Below, piece after piece: positions 1 to 12,064 of a DNA stretch of 64,000 nt (position 1 is its first letter; each line of letters begins with the position of its first letter). The notes under the pieces were generated by a model, which had not been told where the DNA came from, did not search any database, and was given only the letters and a program-made list of their open reading frames with translations. The translations under genes and the position numbers were made by a program. The DNA comes from Octopus vulgaris (Eukaryota), in the NCBI GenBank assembly GCA_951406725.2, contig OX597816.1, forward strand, positions 167,710,001 through 167,774,000, written 5' to 3'.

Positions 1-490
1 CCTGTGCGGGTGGCACGTAAAAAGCACCCACTACACTCACGGAGTGGTTGGCGTTAGGAAGGGCATCCAGCCATAGAAACACTGCCAGATCAGACTGGGC
101 CTGATGCAGCCTTCTGGCTTCACAGACCCCAGTTGAACCGTCCAACCCATGCTAGCATGGAAAGCAGATGCTAAATGTTGATGATGATGATGATGATGAT
201 GAGTGTCTCAACAACTCCATCAGGAGTTGAGAGCTCAAGGCAAACCAAGATAAATATATATTTACATGTTGTACATGTGGTTGCCCAATTTTGGGGTGTG
301 CAAACAGTCATGTGATGAAGTAGTTTGCTTCACAAAATAGGTGCATTAATCAAAAATATCCAGTTGTATTTAGTTCTGTCCAAACTACAACCATTCACAC
401 TGAGACTGACTTTACAAATAAAACCAATAAAATATACAAGACAACAATTGCTGCAGATAAAATTCCCAGGTGATCTGGTACCTATTCATG

Positions 491-1202
491 TAAAATGCCC
501 AGTCTCTTTTACAATCTCTTGTACAAGCCTCAAATTGTGTAGGTCTTTACCTCAATGAGTCCAAGATTGAATATATAAACAAGTGTCTGTCCAACAGTGA
601 TTTCATCATCCATACTCTCGACAATACACTCTTAAATATGGTTTCTGATTACAAATATCTTGGGTCATACATATCATCATCTGAAAAAGATTTTCTAACT
701 AGAAAGGGTATGGCCTGGTCAGCCTGTAATGATATGCATAAGATCTGGTCATCAAATCTAAGTAGAGATTTCAAACTTAAAATCTTCAAAGCCACAGTCG
801 AACCAATTCTACTATATGGCTCAGAAACATGGATGTTATCAAAGAAGCTTGAGAGGCAGTCGGATGGAACTTACACTCGCCTCCTTATGAGAGCTCAAAA
901 TCTCTCGTGGAAGCGTCATCCAACCAAAGTACAAATATATGGGAAACTACCACCTGTATCATCTCTTGTGAACGGTAGAAGAGTCCTGTTTGCTGGACAT
1001 TGTTGTAGAGCTGAAAACGAGGTAATTTCTGCTCTTCTCCTCTGGAAGCCATCTACTTGTGATACCAGAGGGCGCACACTCTCCTACCCTGATGTAATCT
1101 CCAGGGATACAGGCATCCAGCAACAGGACCTCCGTAATGCTATGATGTCTGGTGTAACATAGTAAATTCCATTGTCTCGACCACGGTCAAACAATGATGA
1201 TG
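491..1202 (+). mobile_element. 5'-truncated LINE, second RTE-like family, with target-site duplication
   Basis: YKYLGSYI..ILLYGSETW..FAGHC. TSD acctattcatg at 480-490 and 1203-1213; (GAT) tail. Confidence 0.9.
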
Positions 1203-2032
1203 ACCTATTCATGATAGTCATGTGAATTGACACAATGCAGTATAAAGTGCTTGACCCAGGTTCGTAACAAAACATCTTATGCCATTCCTTCATAAGTTTA
1301 CCAACAGAGGGTCACTGTCGATCATCTGGTGCTAGTACATCTTGGGGCATCCCCTGCATCATTGCCCCTCAGGGTGCCACTTAAGGACTTAATTAGCAAA
1401 TCTGTTTGTTGAGAGTCTTACAACAAGCCTCAGCAAACTCAGGGTTAACACATACTGATGGACACTGAGCATTGGTCTGTTCTTCTTCTGACCTCATCAC
1501 TGTTGATAAAGTTATTCCATTTGATGGCTGAAAAAATTTGCAGTACTCTTTTACTTGTTTCAGTCATCTGACTGTGGCCATGCTGGAGCACTGCCTTTAA
1601 AAAAATAAATGCGCCCTTTTAAAGCCTTGCCAGGCTCATGGGCCCGGTTTCCCGGTTTCTATGGCGTATGTGTTCCCCAGCTGGATGGGATGCCAGTCCA
1701 TCGCAGCGGTACTCATTTTTGCCAGCTGAGCGGACTGGAGCAACGTGAAATGTGGTGTTTTGCTCATGAACACAACGCGTCGCCCGGTCCAGGAATCGAA
1801 ACCACATTCTTACAATCATGATGCTGACACCCTAACCACTAAGCCACGCGCCTCCAGTATTTGGTCTTTTTTTTTTTCAAAATCATAATTTATGGGAAGA
1901 TTATGAGCCTAATTCTTGAATATTCCTCCATTTACATCTAGTAATCTATAAAAATACTCTTGTACATTAGTTCACTGTTCTCCCTTAGTTAAAGTATTGA
2001 ATATAAAGAAAACTTTCACAAAATAAACTTAC

Positions 2033-2301
2033 CAAATTTATCAGGTTTCAGCATTTGGCTCATTTTACTACTTTTGATATGTTCCAAAAGATTTATAATG
2101 GAAGGAAATGCTTCTTTATATTTCTTTTGAGAATAATCAATGGTTTCATACAATATTTCTTCCTCATTTGCATTTCTGCTGTTAAATTTTGGGTTAAAAC
2201 AAGCAATATGGTAAAGAAATGGGTGGACAACATTCCATTGAATGAGATAACATCCAGGTTGATGACATTTTTTCCGAAGAATATCAGTAATGTATTTTTT
2301 G
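2033..2301 (-). CDS. JAK: JAK SH2-like domain exon
   Basis: KKYITDILRKKCHQPGCYLIQW..FPSIINLLEH resembles the JAK SH2 (KLKKAGNQTGLYVLR..FSSLKDLL). Phase 2 acceptor matches the previous exon; G|gtaagt donor. Confidence 0.85.
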
Positions 2302-3243
2302 CTGTATAAACAAGACAGAAACAAAATTGTAATTTGAAAGTTCTAACATGTAAAATAAATTCTTGTACAATCTGAATTATAACGCAAGTAGAATGTGTGT
2401 GTGTGTGTGTGTGTGTGTGGTGAAAATAATAATAAGTATGATGAGATAGCATTTGATGAATTCAATTTACACTTTGATTTAAATACTGCCAGTACCGCTG
2501 GACTGACTCCTGTGCAGGTGGCAAGTAAAGCAACACCGTTTCGACCCTGCGCTTGAGGAGACCTATTGAGTCAAGTACACCAACATCAAAATCAATGGAA
2601 ATTGTAGTTGTGATCCCTGTGCTGGTGGCACGTAAAAAGCACCATGTGAATGTGGCCGATGCTAGCGCCGCCTTGACTGGCTTCCGTGCCGGTGGCACGT
2701 AAAAAGCACCAACCGATCGTGGCTGTTGCCAGCCTCGCCTGGCACCTGTACCACATAAAGAGCACCCACTACACTCACGGAGTGGTTGGCATTAGGAAGG
2801 GCATCCAGCTGTAGAAACACTGCCAGATCAGGCTGGTGCCTGGTGCAGCCTTCTGGCTTCCCAGATCTCGGTCGAACCGTTCCAACCCATGCTAGCATGG
2901 AAAACGGATGTTAAACAATGATGATGACAGCTTATTAATGATGTACATGTTTCCACTACATCAGTTATCAACTGTTGCATTAACAGCTTTGCCATAACAC
3001 ATGTTTCATCCTTATATATTATAATTTATCAAATCCACTAGACCACTGGTAGAAAAAATTTCTATAATTTTTCCTACCCTATATAAATTTTAAGAAATGA
3101 TTTTAGCAATTTCTGAAGTTTAATAGGAATTTTTAGTTGCTGTCAATTGAGACTGCTATGCGCAGTGGATTTGAAAAATTATAATATGTAAGGATGAGAT
3201 GTGTTATTTGGTCTCTAATTTATATGTTAATGTTTTGGTGTAC

Positions 3244-3311
3244 CCGCTGATGAGAACTTCGCCTTGCAAATTATATTATTTGCTAATTAAAGCTTGAAAC
3301 CTGAGGTCTGG
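3244..3311 (+). ncRNA. Type I hammerhead ribozyme motif in a Penelope-like pLTR relic
   Basis: ccg-CTGATGA-[stem II with long loop]-GAAA-cctgagg-TC-tgg, followed by AATAAA. Confidence 0.65.
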
Positions 3312-3592
3312 CAATAAAACATGGTAAATGTTGCTATTTTCTATTCCCTTCGAAATTGCTCTTAGCTGTGGTTTGGACTTTTTGACTATTCTTTCTAGTA
3401 TGTTAGGCATGAATACATATGTAAATATGTAGGCATGTAAATATATATATATATATGTGTGTGTGTGTGTTTGTACATGTATGTTCTAATGGTAATATTT
3501 TAGAACTGTTTAATTTTTAATAAAAGAGGGAGAACAATGGATGAGGTTTGGTTTTTTTTTAAACATAAAGAGAACAACTTAAAGAAACATAC

Positions 3593-3750
3593 TCAATATT
3601 TCCATGGAAACCATGTTCTCGCATATATTTGATACTAGGTGGCTCCACTTGTTCACATAAGCTATTGTAGAAGTCATAAGAAAGCCGAAAATATCCATCT
3701 ATACATGATACAAATGACACTGCTGATTCTTCATCATCAAAGGATAACAC
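3593..3750 (-). CDS. JAK: JAK FERM C-terminus / SH2 linker exon
   Basis: SAVSFVSCIDGYFRL..LCEQVEPP..FHGNI matches the JAK signature SFVSLIDGYYRL..LCKEVAPP..CHGPI. Canonical splice sites, phase 0-2. Confidence 0.93.
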
Positions 3751-4374
3751 CTGAAAAAAATTGATAACATTTCGTTTAAATCTTTTGTTACCATATTTTC
3801 GTTGAAATACATCCTCTTTAATTTAATTAATCTTTAAGTGGCAGAAATCATCAATTTATGCTTCATTAGAGAACAGCAAACATCATCAACTGACATTTCA
3901 AAAATTGTACAAATTGTACAGTGGTCGTGTGGAAAGATGGTTCTGGGTTCAGTCCCACTGTGTGGCACCTTGGGCAAGTGTCTTCTACTATAGCCTCAGG
4001 CAACTAATGCCTTGTGAGCGGATTTGACAGACAGAAACTGAAAGAAGCCCACCATGTGTGTGTGGGTCTTTGTTTGTCCCCCAGCCACCGCTTGCCAACT
4101 GATGTTGGTGTGTTTATGTCCCTGTAATTTAGCAGTTCAGTAAAAGAGACCAATAGAATAAGTACTAGAGTTTAAAAAATTAAGACACGGTGTCGAGTTG
4201 TTTGACTAAAACCCTTCAAAGTAGTGCCCCAGCATGGCCATAGTCAAATGACTGAAACAAGTAAAAGATAAAAATTGAAAGGTACAGCCATCATCAACTG
4301 GCGCCCAAGTGTCTATGCCATCAAATACTCCTAAGCATAAGTAACCCTCATCAATGGGAGAAATGAAGTCACAA

Positions 4375-4860
4375 AGACATACATCATCTCGAAAGAGTTC
4401 AGAAGCTGGCTACCCGCATGGTTCTTGGTTTCAAGCATTTGTCTTATGAAGAAAGGCTGAAGACGCTCGACCTTTATTCTCTAGAAAAACGCCAATGCCG
4501 TGGTGATCTCATTCTTGCTCACAACATTATAAGCGGAAAGTGTAACCTCTTGAAAGAGCTGTTCTTCACTCCTGCTCCAGAACATGGGCTGCGGGGTCAC
4601 TCCAAAAAGCTCTATCTACGACGATTTCATCTCAGTCGAAGGAGAGGGGCTTTCTCTGTCCGGGTTGCGGATCCATGGAATAAGCTGCCGGACGAGATAG
4701 TGAAGATGCCGACGACCGCTCGGTTCAAAGTCTCTCTTGACCAGAAATGGCCTGAACTCTTTGTATGACCACCCTCCCTGTACATAACTCCCGGTCCCCC
4801 TACATGGCCTTGCTTTTGCTTTTTGAGTCAATAAAATTGAATTTGAATTTGAAAATTTGA
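4375..4860 (+). mobile_element. CR1/L2-group LINE 3' fragment
   Basis: LERVQKLATRMV..LSYEERL..L..RGDLI..RGH..FSVRV..WNKLP. Confidence 0.85.
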
Positions 4861-5755
4861 AACTGAATTTGGATCAAACATTTAGCAGCATCTCTTTTAG
4901 ATATTTACATTCTGAACTCAAATACCACCAAGTTTGACCTTTCAGGACAATAAAATAACTAAGGTGGTGAGCTGACAGGATCGTTAGCACACTGGGTGAA
5001 ATCCTTAGCGGTATTTCACCTGTCACTATGTTCTGAGTTCTGAGTTCAAATTCCGCCAAGGTCATCTCTGCCTTTTATCCTATCAGAGGTCAATAAATTA
5101 AGTACCAGTTGCATACTGGAGTTGATGTAATCGACTATCCCTCTCCCCCAAATTTCAGGTCTTGTGCCTATAATAGAAAGGTCAATAAAACAAGTACCAG
5201 TTCAAATGGGGTTGGTATAAATGGTTTCACCCTCTCCTCAAATCTGCTGGTTTTGTGCCAAAATCAAAAAGGAAAATCAAAAATATAGTAAAAAAAACAA
5301 CTTTATTCTTATTTAGCTCATTTTTGGAATGTAAATTAATTTGAAATATTATGGAAAAATTTTAATTAATATCACTTAAAAAGATGAAGTTCGAAAGATG
5401 GAACAAAGAGCAATCTTATGCAGATTAGTATCGAAAGGATTAATACGTGTAATAAATGTATATAAATATAAACAAACTAATATTCATTTTTTTGTAAGCA
5501 TTGAAATGTGTATTGTAAGATACAAATAAAATGATAATTTATTTTCAAATATAGAAACATCATTATAACAGCAGAAATATTGGGTAAATCACATTTACAA
5601 GGCAGAAAAATTTGCCAACAAACAGCCATAGGACTCAAACTCACACCTCTCAAAGACTCCAGTCGACTGCTTTACTATTAAGCTAAATTGCCCATTGGCA
5701 AATTAATCTGCAAATTTAGACGCTATAAAGCTAAATGCAAAATAATACAACTTAC

Positions 5756-5842
5756 TATTGGTGGACTTCGTTTAAAGTTCAACTGTACACTGTTATTAGA
5801 CTTGATTTCAATCCATCTTAAACTACTTATAAAATAGGCACT
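5756..5842 (-). CDS. JAK: JAK FERM F3 exon (SAYFISSLRWIEIKSNNSVQLNFKRSPPI), not in the ORF track
   Basis: 87 bp open exon, tttcag acceptor and gtaagt donor. Phase 0-0 matches both neighbours. Confidence 0.8.
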
Positions 5843-6178
5843 CTGAAACAAATAAGATAGAAGTTAAAAATGAAATAATAATAGATGTAATTATAATTGA
5901 TGTTAGTTATTATCTTTAAAATATGTGTCTGAAAAGCTGAAGATAGTGAAAGCACTTACACAAAATTTTCTTTCATCAGATTTTTGTTAATCTGTTGCTT
6001 TTTAAACATATTTTTATATAGATTTTAACTTTAAAAACTGTTATACATACATATATACATACATACATATAAGTGTATTCAGATTACTGTCAAATTTGGG
6101 CAAATGACTTCTATTATAGCCTCGGACTGAACAAAGCCTTGTGAAAGGATTTGGTAGACAGAAACTGAAAGAAGCCTG

Positions 6179-6895
<717 letters not shown>

Positions 6896-6896
6896 T

Positions 6897-7700
6897 ACAA
6901 ATGCTTCTGCATGTTACCGAGAAATTTATAGAGAACAAAAAAGCTTCTTCTAAGCAAATAACTCTAGATTTGTTTTTTAAAAAGAAGTGTAAAAGTCTGT
7001 TTACGAGTGCTCGTGAATCAGCAATTGTGACTACAAGTGATTGTGTGCGTGAGTCTAGTGCTAGTGAAAGTGATTCAGAAAATGCTTATAATAATAATAA
7101 TATATTTTATTATAAATGATTTTGACATTCCTTTTATTTTACATAGAATATTCTTTACATTATACTGTTGTTTTATTGCCATTTATTTATGAGTATTAGC
7201 ACCATCCGAGCAGGATCGTCGCCATAGCAGCAAACTGGCTTCTATGCTGGTGGCATGTAAAAAAACATTCGAGCAAGGTTGTTGCCAGTGCTGCTGGACT
7301 GGCTCCTGTGCAGGTGACATGTAAAAAATACCTTTGAGTGTGGCCATTACCAGTACTGCCTGACTGGCCCTTGTGCCGGTGGCACATAAAAGCACCCACT
7401 ACACTCTCAGAGTGGTTGGCGTTAGGAAGAGCATCCAGCTGTAGAATCTCTGCCAGATCAAGATTGGAGCCTGGTGCAGCCATCTGGTTCACCAGTCCTC
7501 AGTCAAATCATCCAACCTATGCCAGCATGGAAAGCGGACGTTTAATGAACGACGACTGATATAAATTTTATAGGTAAAATATTTTTCTGGGAATTAATTA
7601 AAATTTACTATGATGGGAAATTATTGCTCTGCTTTACAAGTTTTTGCTTTACGAGTGACCTCTGGGAACAAATTAATTTGTATATTGAGACAATATTGTA
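6897..7700 (+). mobile_element. Tigger/pogo-like 3' relic interrupted by an RTE 3'UTR (about 7200-7558)
   Basis: ACYREIY / [17 protein letters not shown]-terminal motif; terminal tttacaag..tttacgag..attgta repeats. Confidence 0.55.
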
Positions 7701-7892
7701 ATAGATTTTATTCAAACACTGTGACTACATTAGCTAATGTAGTTACAGTGCCTGAATAAAATCAGGAATGGTCAAAGCTAGAATGTTTGAACAATCAAAG
7801 CTACTTTGCAGTTAAACATCAACTAAAACAAAAATATCACAGATGAAATTTTAAAAAATACACATTAATGAGAAAATATAATTCATACTAAC

Positions 7893-8619
7893 ATTTCCTA
7901 AGGCAATACACATTTCATTAGTATTGTCATTTCTTTGGACAGATACTGTGACTTGATGATTCAGATTCCTGCATTCAAATGTTTCTTTACACATATGATC
8001 ACGGAACATATTATACACACCCTCAACAAAGGTCTTACGAAGTCCTTCTAAGGAGTTTATTCTTATTACTTCCCTCCTAGTTTCATCTCCTATTCTATTC
8101 TTTAACAAGACTTTTTTAAGCCATTTAACATTTTTGAAAATTTGTTTGGGAAAGAACTGACATAAATTGCTAGGCATTCTAAAAGGACCATCGTTTCTCT
8201 CATTGTAATCAATAGTGATATCAGTAACGCCAAATCCCAAAATTTTAGGCTCATCCTTTTCATGAAATGGGTAAATGCCACTTCTGAAATCATTCCGAAA
8301 CTGTTTATGTAAATAATTTATTAAATCACTTTCTCGAAGAATTGATGATGAATAGTAACGTAGTCGGAAGATGTATTTGTTCGAATTCTTTACACCAGGC
8401 TCCAGAGTTTTTGCCATGTTCAGCCAAGTTTTGCCATCTGTTTTCACAAGACCAAACAAATAGATATTGTTGGAAACAATAGAAAGCTGTTTTGCACATT
8501 GTATGCAAATATTTTCAACAGTTAGTGCAACATCTGTTTCAATACAAAACTTCTGCTTTTCATCATAACCCAAAATGCAGATACAGTTCTCCTTATTACA
8601 GTCATGTATAGGCAGCTCT
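7893..8619 (-). CDS. JAK: JAK FERM domain F1/F2 exon (727 bp)
   Basis: Motifs TVENICIQCAK..LFGL..W..YIFRLRYY..NYLHKQFRNDF..ILGFGVTDI align to the JAK FERM (JAK2 EEICIAASK..MFAL..YRIRFY..YLFAQWRHDF..CLGMAVLDM). Poly-T cag acceptor and gttagt donor. Confidence 0.88.
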
Positions 8620-9899
8620 CTGAAAAAAAAAGAAAAACAGAGAACATAAAATAATAAATGATAAAATGCTTTAGCGATTATGATGAAATAAATTTACATA
8701 CATATTTACATGTGTGTGTGTGTGTGTGTAAAATCTATATAACATAAGTTTGGATTTTTGTATGTTTTATTAAATGTTGTAGATAGATAATCATGAATTA
8801 TTTCCTTTCACTTAACTTGCACATGTACAGCTAATTATGAGAATTTATTGTTTACGTTTAATAATTTGAAAGTGAATTTAACGATGTACATTGTAATATC
8901 CGGAGATAAATACTGTATATCTATTTATTACACATTTTAGTTACTAAGAAAATATACATTAAAAAATTACATAGTTTTTACAAAAAGTAGAATATAATAT
9001 TATATAACTTTACGGTTTGTTATTACATAGGTTAGTACATACATGTATGTGGTTATTACATAGGTTAATACATGCATGTATATATGTATATGAGTGTATA
9101 TTTCCATAGGCTGAAACAGCTGTAAGTGATTTTAATGATTCTAACAATTTATATTAATGTTTTTTAATAACTACTTGTATTCTTATCCTAAATGTATTGA
9201 ATTTTATACTGTATATATGTATGTTATTATGGTTGTAGTTTTGATAATTAAATAAGTCAACATTCTAATATCCTAAAGCTGATAAACCAACTAATGTGTT
9301 TCTCCATTTTCTTATTTGTAATAATGGTAAAATATTGTAAAAAATTGTAATAATAGTAAAATATTTCTTTACCTTCACCCATTTAATACAATTGAGTTTA
9401 TTACAATAAAAAACTTGTGTATTAATAATTTGGGTACCAACAGTATACTGGATAAGTATTATCCCTTAGAGGGTTGATCCACAACCCCTAACTTACTTAT
9501 GGTATACTCTTTTACTCTCTTTTACTTTACTTGTCAGTCATTTTGAATCACCGCCTTTAGTCGAGCAAATCGACCCGGGACTTATTCTTTGTAAGCCCAG
9601 TGCTTATTCTATCGGTCTCTTTTGCCGAACCGCTAATGACGGGGTGAACACACCAGCATCGGTTGTCAAGCAACTAGGGGACAAACACAGACACACAAAC
9701 ACACACACACACACATATATACATATATACGACAGGCTTCTTTCAGTTTCCGTCTACCAAATCCACTCACAAGGCATCGGTTGGCCCAGGGCTATAGCAG
9801 AAGACACTTGCCCAAGATGCCACGCAGTGGGACTGAACCCAGAACCATGTGGTTGGTTAGCAAGCTACTTACCACACAGCCACTCCTGCGCCTATGTTA

Positions 9900-9963
<64 letters not shown>

Positions 9964-10193
9964 ATAATAATAAAGGGTAAAATTAATTTATCAATTAATA
10001 ATTTTACCAAGTAGTTTGGTATGTTAAAAGAATCATTATCAGTAACCTTATACAAAAATTCTATAATTATAACCATAATTATAATTAGGGTTAAGCAAAA
10101 TTTGCTTTACCACATAACGAAATTTAGAAATAGCAGTATGTGGTGAAGCAATTTTTGCTGAACCCTAATTATAATTATGCTTATAATTATAGA

Positions 10194-10233
<40 letters not shown>

Positions 10234-10965
10234 TGCCGGTGGTACGTAAGAGAACCATACAAACGTGGCCGTTACCAGCGCCACCCCGACTGGCCTTGTG
10301 CCGGTGGCACGTAAAAAGCACCAATCCGATCGTGGCTGTTTACCAGCCTCGTCTGGCACCTGTGCTGGTGGCACATAAAAATCACCCTCTACACTCACGG
10401 AGTGGTTGGTGTTAGGAAAGGCATCCAGCTGTAGAAACATTGCCAGATCAGAAAGGGCCTGGTGCAGCCTTCTGGCTTCCCAGACCCCAGTTGAACCGTC
10501 CAACCCATCCTAGCATGGAAAGCGGATGCTAAACAATGATAATGATATATATATATCAGTAGGTCATATAACTGAAAAAGAAGCATACTCTAAAACATTA
10601 GAGCAGTCATATATTTTTTTTAGGAAGTTAAATATTATGGCCATAGGGTGACCAATAGACACTCTATTACTGGCCATAGAATTTAACTTCCTAATATATA
10701 TTATATATATATAAAATACTGCAATACAAATGTATTACTTTCCAGTAAAATAAAGCACCGTAAAGGTAGAAGTATAAATATAGAATAGTGGTACAAGGCA
10801 CCAATATTAACAGGAAACAGCATTTGATACATTTATAATGCTATAGTATACTAGCATTGATGTAGCAACATTTGAAATATTGTCCAGGTGAATCCAGCTG
10901 ATGAAGACAATCGATTTTACATTATTTACAATTGATGGATATTTGTCCTCATCTTGTTTGTTGTT

Positions 10966-11011
10966 AACACAATGTTTCGGCTGATATACCCTCCAGCCTT
11001 CATCAGGTGTC
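10966..11011 (-). ncRNA. Minimal type I hammerhead motif, left arm of the inverted element
   Basis: gacac-CTGATGA-a-ggctg/cagcc-GAAA-ca-TT-gtgtt. Confidence 0.7.
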
Positions 11012-11058
11012 TTGGAGAAATTTTGAACCTGGGTTCTCATTCCTATGGTATTTTTCGA

Positions 11059-11093
<35 letters not shown>

Positions 11094-11300
11094 TCACTGC
11101 CTGGAAATGAACTCAGAATCTTGGGGTTAGTAGACTGCGCCCTTAACCACTACGCCATATGCCCATGGAAGTTAGGAGCGCGGGCTACTAACCCCAAGAT
11201 TCCGAGTTCGATTCCAGGCAGTGACCTGAATAATAATAATAATAATAATAATATCGAAAAATACCTTAGGAAGGAAAACCCAGGTTCAAAATTTCCCCAA

Positions 11301-11346
11301 GATTCATGATGAAGGCTGGAGGGTATATCAGCCGAAACGTTGTGTT
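11301..11346 (+). ncRNA. Minimal hammerhead motif, right arm, core mutated to ATGATGA
   Basis: ggctg/cagcc stem II, GAAACGTT palindromic stem III, gtgtt. Confidence 0.55.
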
Positions 11347-12064
11347 AACAACAAACAAGATGAGGACAAATATCTGTCAATTGTAAATAATGTAAATAAT
11401 GTACATAATTCCTCATCTCTTAAATATAGAACTGTAATCAATTTTATGTTGACAAATGTATTTGAAGAGTCCGAAACCTAGGTACTGGATTATCCAATTC
11501 TGGGTTGTTCATTTATCTAATGTTCTTCCTAGAGGTAACACAAAATTTTTCATGGTTGCTGCACTCACACGTCTTTGCCAGTATATACACAGTGAAGCTT
11601 TACTATAGCATCGTAAATGTATCAACTGCTATTTCCAGTAAATATTGGTGTCTTGTTGTACCACTGCTCTATATTTTTATATATATATAGGATACATCAA
11701 CATCATAATTAAAATCAAATGGAAATTGCAGTTGTGATACCCGTACTAGTGGCATATAAAAAACACCATCCGAACATGACCGATGTCAGCGCCGCCTTGA
11801 CTGGCTTCCATGCCGGTGACACATAAAAAGCAACAACTAATCATGGCTGTTACCAGCCTCCTCTGGCCCCTGTGCCAGTGGCACGTAAAAAGCACCCACT
11901 ACACACATGGAGTGATTGGCGATAGGAAGGGCATCCAGCTGTAGAAAAACTGCCAGATCAGACTGGAGCCTGGTGCAGCCTCTTGGCTTCCCAGACCACG
12001 GTCGAACCATCCAACCCATGCTAGCATAGAAAATGGATGTTAAACGATGATGATGATGATGATA

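Larger units (their letters stand above)
10920..11435. mobile_element. Head-to-head inverted element: tRNA-like head + (AAT)n + hammerhead; Penelope-like non-autonomous element
   Basis: Arms of about 230 bp (10917-11146 / 11172-11395). A box TGGCGTAGTGG and B box GAGTTCGATTCC. TSD aatcRatttta at 10909-10919 and 11436-11446. Confidence 0.7.
10891..11491 (+). ncRNA. Hammerhead motif split by an insertion in its stem II loop
   Basis: aatccag-CTGATGA-agac (10891-10908) ... gtcc-GAAA-cctagg-TA-ctggatt (11469-11491); 7-bp stem I. Confidence 0.72.

Noticed and set aside
1456-1527. Possible next JAK exon (phase 1-1, 72 bp, AIKWNNFINSDEVRRRTDQCSVSI)
   Set aside because: Splice sites are plausible but there is no similarity to the JAK SH2-pseudokinase linker; unsupported without RNA-seq.
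2055-2452. Plus-strand and alternative-frame ORFs over the SH2 exon
   Set aside because: Shadow ORFs of the JAK exon.
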